Shown: positions 41,784-56,800 of the stretch, piece by piece
Numbering within the stretch: position 1 is the stretch's first letter
Layout: every line of letters starts with the position of its first letter
Assembly (NCBI GenBank): GCA_964019425.1
Contig: OZ025806.1
Span: 620,001 to 684,000, forward strand
Direction of reading: 5' to 3'
Source of the DNA: Flectonema sp. DT1601
Taxonomy: Eukaryota
Length of the DNA stretch: 64,000 nucleotides
Translations under genes and position numbers: made by a program
Notes under the pieces: model-generated
The model's database searches: none
What the model was told of the DNA's origin: nothing
Seen by the model: the letters and a program-made list of their open reading frames with translations, nothing else

Positions 41784-44162
41784 CCTCTCATTATTATTAT
41801 ACGTGCCAAAAAAGTACTCTGCGTTGGATGAAGACAGCACGTGAAGAACTTAGTTGAGGTCTTGCTGTTGATCATTGATGTAGGAGAGCTTTTTTTCGAA
41901 GGCAGTGTTACACATTATTCCCTCTGTATTTGCGATTCTAACGAGTTCGGCCTGCAGATAGAGGAAAAGAAAAAAAAGCAAGGCGAAAAAGGAATAAAAA
42001 GTTTACCCTGACTGGTACTTTTTCGTTCAATTTCGGAATCGTTGTTTGATTTTGATTTTTTTTCCCTGCAGGTTGGCTCGTTTTTTTTTAAAAAATAATA
42101 AAATTTTATTTTCTTTTTCCCTTCTCTCTCTTTCTCACACGAAACAAGGATAATCTCTCTCTCCTGTTTTTTTTTTTTTTTAAAGAAAAAAAAAACATTT
42201 TCACTTCTTCGTTGCAAGTGGGAAGGATGAACCACGGTTCTATTGTCCATGTAGCAGGATAGTGAGGACGCATTGACTTTTTTAGTCACGCGTATTCCGA
42301 AAAAGAATAACAAAATTAAACACGAGAACTTAATATCATAACTCACACTTATCGAACGACCTGAATCTTGCCAATCAGGTTCGAGAAGTTGCATGCGCTT
42401 GCCTTATTCAGGCAAGGAAGAAAAAGAATAAAAAAAAAATTAAGGAAACTTCTTTTTTAAAGAATCATTGTTTCCTGTTGTTTTCTTCTTTTTTTTTCCT
42501 CCTCCCTCCAGTCAAATAGAATTACCCTGCAGGGAGGGTGCGTGGTCTGTTGAGGAAAATAATGAGATGGGGGAAAAAAAAAAAAAAAATGAAAAAGTTT
42601 TTTCTACGAACTCTGAACGCCCTTTCTCACCAGTAAAGAGAGATGTCGCAGTTTTTTTTTTTTTTTTTTTTCCAAAAAAAAATATCTCTTCCTTAGATTC
42701 TTCTTAGCAACACGCACCCTTCCAATTGCCGAACATTCACTACCTACCAAAGGAGGTAGCGTTGTGCGCTTATAATAAACCTTTTCAATTTTAATTCATT
42801 TTTCTTTTTCCCGTTTCCCTTCCCTTATTACATTCTCTGTCCAAAGTGTGTTCTGCACACGGCGGGCAACCACCAGTCCTCATTCTTGTAAAAGAAAATC
42901 CATTTCGACTTTTAAGGAAAAAAAAAAAAAAAAAAGAACAGTTTTCTAAGTCTTCGCTATGCTGCTTTGCATTTCACCTGGTATGCATACATATTGCCGT
43001 CCTTTCTTCCAAAAAAAAAAAAAAAAAAAGTAAGAGAAAACCTCCCTACTTCCCCCCATGCAAGGTACATTTACATGTTGGGACCACTGGTCGCTCATTT
43101 GATTATCAGTTTAAAAAAAGAAATTTCTACATGCCGCCGAGTATTCATTGTCATGAGTGTCGGTGTTGGTGTGAGATGGAAAAAAAAAAAAAAAAAAAAA
43201 AGAAATATTCAAACAAAACAAACAATATAGAAGTAAATGCAATGCCAATTCTCATTCCAATGTGAGTTTGAATATATGAAACTAATTTCTCGTTTGCCTC
43301 AGCCTCCCTTGACCACTAACTCCGACCGTTGTCCTTTTGCAGGATGATTTTTTTTTTTTTATTTTTTTTTTTAGCTATTATTTTTCTTATTAAAAAAATT
43401 TTTTTTTGGCACACCAAATACTGTGTGCTATTCTCCCCGTTGTCATATCTTTATTTGGTTGCTCGTTATATTTTTTTTTTATTCCATGTGTTGTCGCGTG
43501 ATCCACAATTTTTTTTTTTTTTTTTTTGTGGATACTTTGTTATTTTTTCCTCCTCTCCCTTTTACCCGAAAAGAGCTGAAATATTTTTCTAGTTGTTTTT
43601 CTATTATGTCGATGACTGCCAACTGTTTTTCATAAGCCTTCTTGTCAGAATTTTCTTTTTTTTTTCTTTTTTCAAAAAAAAAGGAAAAAAAAAAAAAAAA
43701 TTTCTCTTTTAAAAAAGAGACTTGTTGTAATGCTTTCAAAGTAGTATGATCCATCGTGAATTGAGCTCGGGTTTGACAGGATTTTTAACAAAAAAAAAAA
43801 AAGTAACCTTGCAAGCCTATGATACAATTCACCGGGTTTTAGGTCTCTTTTCACTTCAAGGGCTTTCAGTTAGTCTACAGGTTGATGTATAGGAAGGAAA
43901 ATATCTAGGTTTGTTATCACTTTTTTCGTATATATTTATTTTTTTTTCTCCCTTTGCATTCGTTGTGTCATTTATTTGTTTTTTATGTGTAGGCGCAGGT
44001 ATTTGGTGGATGTCGTTTATTCTGCCTTGAGATTTTCATTTCGTTTTTTACACATAAAAAAAAATATCAATATTAGTTTGTTTTCGCATTTGCTTTGTAG
44101 CAATAACCAGAGATGGTTTTTTGGTAATTGCGTTATCATCACAATGGTTGCAAAAACCCTTT

Positions 44163-44193
<31 letters not shown>

Positions 44194-45075
44194 GAAAATT
44201 GAAATGAGATTACATTTTTTTTTGCTTGGTTTTTTTTTTTTTTTTTTTTTTTTCAAAATTAAAAACATAATATTTTTTTAAAAACTGCGTTGTAATTCTT
44301 TTTTTTTTTTTCTCCTTCGAATTCCGCTCCCTGATTCCCCTAATACTTTATATCCGCAATAGGTTCCTTGCCTGTTATCACACTTATTGGTTGTCAACGG
44401 GCAGTCACTCTGGTATGAGAAGGCTTACTTTACGGACAACATCAACAACAAAGAACTCCTTCATACCGAGCAATTGCCCTGGGTAGATGATTTTATGTGT
44501 AATTTAGTATTAACTTTCCAGATCTATTCCATTTTTTTTTTTTTTTTTTTTACATCATTTGCTTTTTGATTTGGGTATTATTATTTTTTTATTTTTATTT
44601 TTTTTAAAAGGTAGGAAGCTTTCACCGAATTGTTATATTCGTGTGAGGGGCTAGTGCAACTTATGAGGTACTACGGCTCAGAGGTTACTATTAAATGTTC
44701 TACTCATTAATTGTAACCCGCTCTGTGGGTTTAATTATTCTTTGAAACCTGTCTACCTTACCACTTCTTAGCAATTGTTAGAAATGGATTCTGGAAATGT
44801 ATTTATTTTCTTTTTTCACACGAATTATTATTATATTTTCATCTACTGACTTTCAATTTGTATGTGATTTTGATTTTGTTGAACATTTCAACTCACTGCA
44901 GGCTGCCATTTTTTTCTTTCTTAAAATGTTGAAGGTTACTATGCTGGATTCAGTTATTAGCCTCTGAATACTACTGGCAAGAGATGAAAACGTTGTTTTG
45001 TGTTTTTCATCTTTTAAAAACATAAAGTTGTGGGATTCACCCCCCTTTCTGAAGGAAAAAAAAATACTTAGTTTG

Positions 45076-45114
<39 letters not shown>

Positions 45115-45852
45115 ACCTCTAAAATACTACAGAAAAAAAGATGAAAAAGACAGAAAAATTTCAAAAATAAAAAAAAAAAAACAAAGAGAGACCGGATACC
45201 ACGACGAGGAAGGATGTTATCTGGTCCGCTACATTACAGGATCTCTGACATATTTTTTAACCCTTTGGTAGCAAACAAAGTGATTTGTCATTTAGGTTTT
45301 CCCTGTTGGGATAAACTTAATGGTGAGAATGATTGTTTTTCATTACTAACTCTCTCATCATGGGGTTTGCTGATCAGTTTTTTAACTCCCCTCCCCGCCC
45401 CAACTCTTCCCTCTATTTGCTTGTTTTCCCTTTTTCTTTTTCTTTTTTTTTTCTCTTTTTTTGAAATTAGTAGCTGCCAGCAAACTTTAATAAAGGATAT
45501 GATAAGTCAGACAGAAAAACTCTTATCTCTTCCCCTCCCCACAGAATGTGCGTGTCTCTCTTATCTTTGTTGTAGGTACAGAGAGATGTCTGCCGATATG
45601 AATTTCACAGTCCCAAAGATAATCTTATCAATTTATTAAAACGTCCTTTGCCGCTTATTACAGGTAACGCACACATGAATTCCAATCCGTAGACTGACTT
45701 TGATACGTCTCTTGGCACGGTTTCTATGTAGTGAAATTGTGTTGACATCAAAATCGAATCAGCTTTACAATCTGTCAGCACATAAAAGATTATTTAACTC
45801 TTTGCAGGTTTTTATTTATTGTTTTTTTCAAAGAAAAAAAAAAAATAGTAAA

Positions 45853-46290
45853 ATGCCGACACCGAGAAAGCCATCTCACTCTCCTAGGAGTGGATACTCC
45901 CGAAGACCCGCATCGCGAAGACATAACGACAGAGATATCAGAGGAAGATACGACTATGACAGTGACTACATTAGTACTGGGTTATCACAAATAATGAATT
46001 ATCGAACTGTAAACAACAGATCCCTATCACCAATAGCACTTGATTGTGACAGAACAAACAGTGATGGATATCTAACATCAAAACAATTATTAGAATATCA
46101 TCCCAGACAACACCCAGAAGTTGCTCGTGAGCGCTCTGCTTGTCGTCCCAATGCTGAATATGTTATTCGGGGTGATGGTCGATTTAAGTGCGCTTCAACA
46201 TGTCTCATGGTTGATGCTTCTGGTGTCACCAGTAAAGTTCTCAATAATGGAATATACGGAAACTATTCAAAGTCCTCGTGGGATGACTGA
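45853..46290 (+). CDS. Hypothetical protein
   Basis: 145-codon ATG ORF with coding-like composition, preceded by TTTGCAG. Confidence 0.6.
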   Translation: MPTPRKPSHSPRSGYSRRPASRRHNDRDIRGRYDYDSDYISTGLSQIMNYRTVNNRSLSPIALDCDRTNSDGYLTSKQLLEYHPRQHPEVARERSACRPNAEYVIRGDGRFKCASTCLMVDASGVTSKVLNNGIYGNYSKSSWDD

Positions 46291-47692
46291 TTTTTATTTT
46301 ACCGTCTGCTTCAACTAACTGTTTCGTTTGGAGTTTTTTTTTTTTTTTTTTTTTTCTAAATTTAATATTTGTGTTGTACTTCTCAAAAAAAAAAAAAAAA
46401 GAAAAAAAACTTCATGTTGTTGTTAACATCCCAGATGATAGTGCGTCAATAATTCTTCCCTTCAACCCCCCCTTTAATTTTTTCAAACAATAACAAAAAT
46501 AAGTAATTAAGTACCTCTCTGACGTTTCTTTGGAGGGGTAAAATGTTTGAACATATTTATATAAGACATAAATATATGTGTTGATTGCATCAAAGTAATC
46601 TAATATAAACAAACATTAGTAATTTATGATGCGGCGGCTAGGTTATAATTTTTTATTTTATTTCGGAGAAACTTATTTTGCGATGGACTACCTTCTCCCC
46701 AATGTGCGAACTTGGTTACGCAGCGTAATACCAACCTGTCAAACCTATATTTTATTTTATTTTTCTTATCGAGCAGCGGTTTTGTCGTTAGCTCGTAAAA
46801 GGTTTCGTTTTCTACTCAAATTACCATTAGAGGGTAAGATGAAAGTTAATTGAGACCTGATTAAAAAAAAAAAAAAAAGAAATTATTTTTACGCTTTTTG
46901 CAGATTACTTTCTGTTTGCGTTCTCTCTTTGTTTGGCTGTACACACCAATGCTTTCTGAGGGTAACTAACTAGCCTGGAAGGGTCCTTTAGTGTTATGGA
47001 CCAGATACGAGTAGACTCACTCTCCGTCTCTCGATGTCTTTCGAGGGAAGGTACGTTTATTATTTATTACCTCTTTTGGTTTCGAGCAGCTGGTGATGTT
47101 ATTCTGTTGTGTCTTTTTGGTTAAATAAAAGACTCTCGTGAATGTGAGGTGACATTACTTTAATCTGTTGACTGGCTCCTGTGGCTGTTGACTTGCCTGA
47201 TCTTGAGAGAGAGAGGTTCAATCGATCGTTTTTATTTTTACTTTTGTTTCTACTCATTCCACTTGTTGTGTTATTGCCGACTATCACAGAATTCTACCAC
47301 CCCGTTGTGTTCTACACTTTTTTATTCGAACCTTTCTCTAGTGGTAGCTCCCGCACTGGGGGTTATCATTCTTGAAGATCACAACCCATTGTATCAAGAC
47401 TTGTGTTCTATTACCTGATAGGGGCTGCTCGAACTCCCATGTCAGTTTTTTTTTGTTTTGTTTTCACCATTCGGATGTAGATCATCTGTTTGCCGATAAC
47501 AATGAAATGATTGCATTGTACTTCAGAATACTGTAGTACCGTGTGAGCAGCATCTTTTATAGATTTTTTTCTTTTTTAATTACCCTTTTCTTCTTTTTTT
47601 TTGTGTCACATTCAGATAAAGCGAATACTATTGAGAATGATGTAAAGTGTAATCTTACTTAATTCATATCTTAAATCAGGTGTGTGTATAAA

Positions 47693-48835
47693 ATGGCAAA
47701 TTTTCAAAGTTATGATCAAGATTTCACGAGCCCACATTACAGCGCCTCTGTGACATCACCGCAGGGAGTGCATGCTCATGTACCGACTACGACATGGCTC
47801 CCGAGAGACTTTGAACATGAGGCTGAGGAAAATAGTAAACTAGTTATACCCGCAGGTAGCATACAGGATATTTTAAGAGCTACGTGGGGTGCTGGTAGGT
47901 CAGAAGTTGATGTCACAGCTCAGGTGTCCTCAAGATTGAAAGAAGGAGGAGTCGACATCTTAGCGACAACAGAGAGTCTCGGTTGCGAAGATCCAGCTCC
48001 TGGTCAGAAAAAGAAATTAATTGTTAGATACGCTGAGATGTTTTATGTTAATCCTGAAAAAAGATTAGACGGGATTGACTTAACAACACCCGAAGGTAAA
48101 CTACTCCAAGCTGAAGTTCATAATGATAGAATGACTCATGAAATTCAAATGCTTCAGGAAAGTTTAGCCAGAGCTGAGAGACGTGAAAACCATTATAGAG
48201 AAGTCGAGTCACGTTTAAAAAGAGAAATTCAAGAAAAGGCAAAACTTGAACAAGCCGTCTACGATAACGAAGGAGCCCTCGTCGCTACCCGACTACGAGA
48301 ACTAGAAAGAGACGCAGCAAGACTTCGCAGACTTCTCAAAAACGAACAAGACTCAGTTCTCACGGAACAGAAACTTCGCCAACAATCAGAAGATCAGCTA
48401 CAAACAATAAAACAAGTTAAGGGAGGTACTGGTGCAACACTTCAAGGTCAAATAACTGATCTCAGAGAAGAGAATGATCGTCTTGTTAGACAAGTCACTG
48501 ATATAAATAGATTAAATCTCCAACTTCAATTATCTGTTAAAGACCAGGCTGCTAATGAACAAATGAAAGCTGATTTATTCGCACATGACAATACTGATCA
48601 CACGGGTGCGATGACAGTGACGTCTCATGTGAGAGTTCGTAAATCGACTTTATGTCCTCAATGCAAATCTAATGTTGAAATGTGGGAGAGACAGGCTATC
48701 TCACGAGCTCACAGAACTGACAGGGCTGTTCAATATCCTCCTCCGCCATCTCAAAATCAGAATGCGGGATATCCTTCATCAACTAGCCCTCCTCGCTTGT
48801 CATACGGAAGAGGTTTGCCTCCAACTCGAATATAA
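47693..48835 (+). CDS. Coiled-coil protein with a small beta domain (DUF3395/SUEL-like)
   Basis: ILRATWG..VDVT..DPAPGQKKKLIVRY, then a long coiled coil. Confidence 0.75.
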   Translation: MANFQSYDQDFTSPHYSASVTSPQGVHAHVPTTTWLPRDFEHEAEENSKLVIPAGSIQDILRATWGAGRSEVDVTAQVSSRLKEGGVDILATTESLGCEDPAPGQKKKLIVRYAEMFYVNPEKRLDGIDLTTPEGKLLQAEVHNDRMTHEIQMLQESLARAERRENHYREVESRLKREIQEKAKLEQAVYDNEGALVATRLRELERDAARLRRLLKNEQDSVLTEQKLRQQSEDQLQTIKQVKGGTGATLQGQITDLREENDRLVRQVTDINRLNLQLQLSVKDQAANEQMKADLFAHDNTDHTGAMTVTSHVRVRKSTLCPQCKSNVEMWERQAISRAHRTDRAVQYPPPPSQNQNAGYPSSTSPPRLSYGRGLPPTRI

Positions 48836-49328
48836 ATTGATACTTGCCAACCAAGTAACCTGACTGTTGGTTTTGGCAAAATTAGTATCTTGGTTTCCTC
48901 TGCTAATGACCGAAAAGGTTTAGTACGGTCTGTTGTGTTTGTTGATATGGACAAGGGAATCAACATCTTGCATTGTTTGTTATTATTTTATTTTTTTTAC
49001 TTGCCGATATTTCTGCTTAGATATTTTTTTGTGTTTTATAAGTTACGAATCGATGTTATTATTACTTTGTTTAGTTAAGTTATTCACAATATTATTCTCC
49101 CTCTCCTTCCAACAGGTTCTCAACATGTTCACGTGGCCTCCAGCTGCTGCTGACAATTTGGGACTAATTTTCTTTTTTGTTTTCATTTCAGTCGGGCTTC
49201 AGAAAAAAAAAAAAAAAAAAAAAAAACATAACGATTCTGTTTGTTCTGACACTGGCATTTTCCTTTCTTGACGACAAGACTCACTTTATATACATGTCAG
49301 GTACCCCCCTTCGTATTTTATACTAATA

Positions 49329-50218
49329 ATGGGGTTCACGATGAACGCAACTGCGCGTCGCTCAATGAAACGCAGAACTGCAGGAGGTGGAGAACCAGAC
49401 AAACGACACAAAGATGACGGCTGTGAACTCATATTTAATAATATGGTGTTCGAATCAGACAAGACGAGACCAAAGAATCAAAAAGAGAAAAAAATAACAA
49501 CCGAAACTATGCTCAGCCGAGTTCAGAAAGTAAAAGAAAGACTTGCATCCCTAAAAGGAACGGATGAAGGTAAGGAAATGAGCAACAGCATTCACTGGGA
49601 TGAGGCACTGAAACGTGCATCTGGTGCGAAGGTAAAAAATGATCCTACGAAGTTAAAAAAGACCATAAAAAGAGCGGCAAAAATCAAACAACGGTCGAAA
49701 GATCGCTGGGCCACTTATAAAGAAGCAGTCGAGAAAGCAAAGGAAGAGGGCCATGCGATTCCTAAAACTCTAACAAAACCAAAACCGAAAAAAGCAAAGA
49801 AGAAGAAGAAGTCCGACGAGGATGCTCCATCAGGTAAGGGTTCAAAGCGTCACGCAAACAGTGACGATGAATTCGAGCCCTCAAAGGGAGGTAAGAAGGG
49901 TGGCAAGAAATCAGGAGGGAAATCAGGAGGAAAGGGAAGCAAAGGAAGCAGCAAGGGAGGGAAGGTATGCTACTAACGTGTTATTACTATTCTTTATGAT
50001 AAACTGAAAATAAAAACACCCAGACCCAACACAAACAGGGAGAGAAAGGATCAAAAGGAGGTAAGAAGTCAGACAAGGGATCATCAAAGGGATCATCGAA
50101 GGGTTCTAAACCAAAGTCTGCGAGAGTAGGTCGAATTGAAAGACGTCTCGATGACCTTCGCGGTGTCCATTCTCGTAAGAAAGCTACTAATAAGAAACTG
50201 AAGAAGATGGACAACTAA
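49329..50218 (+). CDS. SURF6: SURF6/Rrp14-like nucleolar protein; intron at 49965-50038
   Basis: WDEALKRASGAKVKNDPTKLKKTIKR..KQRSKDRW matches the SURF6 signature, followed by a G/K/S-rich tail. Confidence 0.75.
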
Positions 50219-50825
50219 TTGTAGTTATCAGGTCAGTTGGGAATCCAGTTGAGGTGCTGCTCACTACATCTGCTGGACAGGAGTTCACCTGCAGATCCAC
50301 TTCCGCGGTATGAGTCTGACTGTCTGACGACATAGGATTCATAACAATGATTAATGTGTCGTCTTCACTCGTATTCTTATTCAAATAACAGCAACACATC
50401 CTTTTGAGTGCAATGAGCACACTCTGTAGATTGATATTACCAGTAGTCATGTTTATTGATATCGTTGCCTAGCTAAGGGTAAAGGTTTACTTATTATGAG
50501 ATTCCGGGAGATTTGTTCTTTTTTTTTTTTTTACTACTTTTTACCGACGGTTCGGTATATCCGCATCGCTGGAATCGAATCACCGCCTGACGCAATTACG
50601 ATCACTTTATAGTACTACATCATTGGTATATATCAGTCGTTGGTTGTTAGTAGGTATTCATTTCTACCAGGTAACGTATCAGATATATTACAACACACTT
50701 TGTTAAAAATTGTGATGGGGGTGGGAGGTGTGCCTCGAAGTATGATTTACTTTAGATATTTGTTTTTTAAAAAAGCCATTTACACACGAAAAAAAAAAAA
50801 AAAAAAAAAAAAAAACAAATAAAAA

Positions 50826-53800
50826 ATGATAAAACGAATTCGAAACAGAGCGAGAGAAAAGAAAGAAATCAGTGACAGCGATGAAGAAGAATTCGTATCT
50901 CTCTCAGAGGTGAAGAATCAAATGAATAAAAGTGATATTGGTTCAGTTAGGTCTGGTACTAGTGGAACTCGAACAGTAAAAACAACAACAAGTGTTTACG
51001 ATGATAGTGATGACTCGTTAGACGTTAATGAACCACTTGATAAAATATATCAAGACGGCTGTATCAGAGATGGCAAACCAATTAATACAACTCTTTTAAA
51101 GTTACTAAAACAACTAACAAATCAATTGGAAGTAAACAAACGAACAGGCGGATCTCTCAACCTTGAAAACACCTACATCGGACACAACAACATTATGCGA
51201 GCCATATCTGTATTAGGAATAGCAAACTGCCCGATTCATACATTATCATTAAAAGGTTGTGATATTCATTCAACTGTTATACCAGAGCTTGTTCAAGTTC
51301 TTTCATTGAGTAAATCAAAATTAACATCACTTGACATATCCTCCAATCGACGATTGTCATACATGGCTGGGAGGGAATTGTACAGGTTGGTGAGGTTAAA
51401 ACAAACACTTATTCACATTAACGTTGATGATACAAGTATTCATCCGTCATTGTGTAATAGAATAAAAAATCAAATAGATCGCAACAAGTCTCACACATCA
51501 GTTGGAACTTCGATATTACTTGATTCGATAAAATATCATATTTCGAGATCATTTTTGAGTGTTCATTACCCTCCTGTTTTGGTATCGTTTTGTGGGAGTG
51601 ATTCTGACTATGTGTCGAAACTGTGTTCTAGTTTGAGTGTTATAGATCCGAGGTTAAATGGGGCTTTTTCATTGTTTTATCAATTAAAGACATCTCCTGA
51701 TTATCATTTGTTTATTAAAACTTGTTTTGTTGAAGCTGACTATATTCTTGTGATAGCATCTCAAGCATGGACTGAAGATCATCAATGCCAGTGTGAATTA
51801 AAATGGTTTCATGGAAGAACAACACTCGTCGTGCTTCCTGAATTGACGGATCTAAACATTTCATCTGTGGGAGAGGATCCTTATTCAGATATCCAATCTG
51901 ATGTTGTCAATCAAAACACATCATCCACGATAGCAATTAAAACAGCTCTGTCAGTATGCAGAGAAAAAATGAATTCAATCAGGGATGTATCTGTAGCATA
52001 CGTCCCACAAGCTGAGAATATTACGATCAGAGGATTGTGTTGCGTATCAACTGAGGAGTCTTTCAGTGATAATGTTCGTCTTCCGAATTGTTTAAACCAC
52101 GTTGATGTTTGTAATAGATTCTTTATCCCATTAAAAGATGTTGTTAATTGCTCTAAGATAATTCAAACTGATTCTGTTGGTCCGAAATCAATCATTAAAC
52201 TAGCCACGGCATTAGCTACGGAGTTGTCTTCTTCTCAATCATTTACACTTCCTCCGAAAGGAGAAACTGCAGCTCTCTCAAAATGGTCAAAATTATTTGT
52301 TCTGGTGACGCAGTCTCTCTCACCAGATAACGTGACACATGTTTCTCTTTATCCACGTCTTGTAAAGAGAATGCAACAACATAGAAGTGATAATACTTGT
52401 ACTCCATTTTATCCCAAAATACGAATAAAGTCAGCAATAGAAGACGTCATAGTCTCCGCAATCGAAGCTTTCGGAGGAGGGAGGAAGGGAGCTGTCACAA
52501 CAGGACAGTCAAGCAGTAAGAAACCGACTGCGAATGTCAGAGTACGAGATCAGAAAGAATCAAAGAATGTCTTAAGTCCACCCAATCAGGTTAAGGATAA
52601 ACGTTCTAGTCAAGTCAACAACATCCACTTCGATGTTGATAAAGAAGGAAGACTGTTCTATCACAGAAGTTGGAGAAATAGAATCTGTGCAGCAACAGAA
52701 GACCCTACTCCACTTTATCACAGGGATAATTTATTTATCTCAAATCCTCAAAGAGTTTGTCTCCGGCAATCCCTCGTTGATGAGGAACTTCGAGTCTCAA
52801 GAGAACGAGCAGCTTTACAAAAAGAAAGCCGTTCTTTGAGAATATCTCAGCGAAGTCTTGCCTCTAAAGTAAGGCTCATAAATCGAATAGAAAACAGAGC
52901 AGAATTAGATAAATCGAATGCTGTTGAGCCATTACAATTATTAATACCTCACATGGACTGTTCAATGATAAGAGAAGTCAGACTAATGAAGGAACCCAGA
53001 CTGACTGATAGCGTTCGAATGTGTGCTAAGGCTGTCCTCATTCTCATCGGAGATGATTTGATTGATGAAGAAGGCGGTGGTGGTGTTGAGACGTTAGACT
53101 ACTGGTGGAGAATACTTCAAAAGTCATTTGCGATGGAGTCTCAAATACTTTACAGAATGACAAGTCTGATACCACAAAGAGTTCGTCGACGACAATGGAA
53201 TAAAATAAGAGACTTTTTAACAAACAGATCTTACAAATCTGATTCTGCGAGTATCCCACACTGTGAATGGTCTCAAGAAGCCCTCATTGGTGTCAGACCC
53301 CGAGGAGCTATTGCTCTTTTAGCCAGATGGGTTCATTGCACTTATTACCAATACTGTGTAAGTAAAAGACTAGAAGGAGACGTGTATACTTTTATTGACG
53401 AATGTCACGAAGATTATAAGAATCTTTCATTACTTGTTACAGATCAAGAACAGAGAGTTAGTTTACTTCAAACGGGAGTTGAGTATCTTCAACAGCATGC
53501 GAGTGAAATAATCCAATCATATTCATCTTTTGATCCAACGGATCATAATAACATTTCATCAATTAAAAGTAACTTCGATTTGATTGACATCCCAATTGAT
53601 AATACTCCTCTCACAGCAGTCAGAAGAGATTGTCTTCGGATCTTATTATCATGTCCTCTATTGAGGGGGCTGCCTACTGCAGTAGTTGAATTCTTAGCTA
53701 GAACGGGTCAAGTTCTCGGAGTTGAGAAGAAATCGTTGTTACCGCAGCTTATCGATGACTCTGAAGGATGTTTGTATATAATCATAACAGGTAGATTTCA

Positions 53801-56800
53801 AGTAGTTCATGATATTGCCTTGTATCCGACATCTGCATCTGTTGGGTTTAGAGAAATATCACAACCCCAACCACAGCAAGACTTATCAACAAGAAAACTA
53901 AAGAGTAACACCAGAGCATCGTTTGCGTCTTCTTCTCACGATCCAAATGACAGAACTTTTCGAAAATATAGCAGAACTGTATCTAGTAAACGATCTACTA
54001 CAAGTCTTGGAACTGATTGTTCTGAGACTGATAGTGGTCATGCGTCTCTTCTTTATACAGGTCATTGGTTTAACGAACTGTCTTTTATTAAATCGAATAT
54101 CACATCGGATGATGGAACGCCTTCACCAATTGATGAACACTCAGAACCGAGAGCCGTGTCAATGGGTTCTCATAGAGGAAAACCATCAACGGTATTTAAA
54201 ATAGTCACGTCGCAGTGGTCTGATAATGATTCAAATTTAATAAAAAAATTAGTTGAAAAAAATAGATCGTTATTAATCACAAAGTCAAACAAAATAATGT
54301 ATTGGCAACACGCATCGTTTTTGAATAGTATTGGGTTGGAGGTTCTTTCTGCTGTAGCAAGTGCTAGTATTGAAGAGATTTCTCAACCTAATGTTGAAAT
54401 ATTATCACCAGGTCAACCATCTGATGGGATACGGTTATTAGTTTCAGGAACGGTGCTAATCAATGGTGAAATCTTTTCTTATGGGTTCTTTCCTCAACCA
54501 GAACATGTCATAACTTCAGCAATAGTCATTCACAAAGTTGTTTCAGGCAATGATGGATGCACTGTTTTAAAAATATCAAAACAGCAACTACTGGACCTCA
54601 GTTCTACATTTTCAACTTTAAGAAGTCGATTTAATTGTGTTCTAGAACCCTTACTCGATACTGTTGAACGTATTCCAGGACATATTAAAAATATTTGTTT
54701 TGATTTTAATGAGCAATTTCAATGTCTTATTGGGGAAAATCCGTCTAGCCAAGAACATGCAAACAGAAGGTTAAAAAGTTTAATTTCATTGAGAGACCAG
54801 TTTTTAGCAATAGCAAAGCCGCTTGCTGATATTCTCATATCTGAAATTCACAAACCGATGACGGAAAAACTTCTTCCACCAATTGACGCCGCTATGAACA
54901 GTACAGCCGCAGGAGGTCAGAGATATGTCGTGAATAAAATATTTTTTGAACTCGCAAACAACAAAGGAAACATCTACGGCAACAAATCAAATGCTTGTAA
55001 GGCATTGAAAAAAGAATTTCGGGCATGGGAAGCAATCTTGTCGGTCTCAAAAAAGGGAATATGCGTTCCCCTATGTTGCTTAATAACATGTAGAGGCTAC
55101 AGAGTAAAGGTTATGCCTATTCTTCCAGTAGGTGATAAATCGACTATTGTACATGGGGGATCCTCTGGTATTGGACCTCGCAGTCAAATAGGTAAAAATT
55201 TAAAGGAATCTCCGGAGGTCACATCAATACTACGAAGTATATGTGCTGAACTAAACATAAAAGGCCATCGGATGCCAGGTAGTAACAGGCTTCACTATGG
55301 TCCAGCTGATATGGAAATTCGTCGTGGATTTGACGGTCGATTGTACGTTCTTAGACCTGGGAGACTGTTCCCATGTCAAAAGATTAATATAAAAACACAC
55401 AGTCAAGGTGATTGGCTGGTGCAACAATTAAGACCTGAGGCAGTCAAGCAGTTCAAACATTCCCTTTCTTCTGATGCGTTAACCAAATGGGGACTATCAG
55501 ATATTGATAACAGTCACGTATCTGAAGCATGTCACCAACTTTACATTTCAGTAATCCCAAAACTTTCTCGTGAACTAACTGCTCTGTTTGACAATACTCC
55601 AGTCCCGACATTCGAAGGCATGTTGTCTCAACCCAATCTAACTAAACCTTTTGAAATGTTGTGTGAAAGAGCTCACAGTTTCGGAGTTAACATCCGACTT
55701 TTGGCAGCCATAATTGCCCTTCTGCCTGAAGATGCTGTCTTCGCATGTAGAATCCTTCACATGGAACTTATCGCAAGGACTTTTCGATCTAATTTATGGT
55801 CATCGTTGAGAAGTTTACCGAAACTGTCATCAGAAAAATGTGAATCTGAAGTTGTTAAGTATCTTGGAGAACTTTGCGGAAACGGACCAACATCTGCAGC
55901 TTATTGGAGGGATACTTTGTATCAAAAATGTAAAGTAAAATTCGCATTTGCTTCATTGGAATCGTATTTTTCAAATTTGCCCACCATGGACATCCGTATG
56001 GAGGGTGTTGGGAGGATAGAGTATTTGGGATTCACTTCTTCATTGTCTGCTATAAAAAGAGATCCCGACCTACACATGATGATGCTCGCAAGAATATGTC
56101 AGTTGTGTGGAATTAAAATAAGCCAATCAGACATAAGCAATCACTATGATAAGTTATTAAGTGAAGTTGATACGGATAATTGTTATCGACCGAAGAGACA
56201 ATCACGTCAGCTTAGCATCGCAAGTAGTCATTCATCAGGTTCAAGGAGGGGTAAGGCATCGATTGGTAAAAGTGATCAAAATTCGAAATTTGGAGTTTAT
56301 TTTTTGGATGGATTTGATTCTATAATTCACGTCATCGCACTACCACAACCTGATCTGATCACAATGTACAGAACAAGAGGACGGTTAGACTTAGCTGTTG
56401 AGTCAATTAATAATCAAATCAACCAACTTGAAGAATCCTCCACTGAGAACAATCGAATCTCAATAATCAAATTATCATCAACACTGTCAGAGTTATATCA
56501 AGAATGGGGAAGAGATACAGAAGAAGGTGAATGTCTAATAAAGGCCCTTACTCTGTGTGTTGACGATCTCACATTTGACGATTCCACTAACCAAGTTTTA
56601 CATTCTTTAGACGAGGCATTACTGCTTATGAAGGTAGCTGTTTTTGAAATGAAACATTCAAAACTTGGAATTTCACTTTATCGACTTCGGTCAGCACAAC
56701 GCATCTTATCATTGTTAGAGTTTGACTTAAATAGTTCGATAGTCCAACAGTGTGTTTTAGTTATTGGACAGGTAGAAGACTTACAGTTAAATCATTCAGT

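Noticed and set aside
37683..45639. Dozens of 60-160 aa F/K-rich ORFs
   Set aside because: They are artefacts of poly(T)/poly(A) tracts that lack stop codons.
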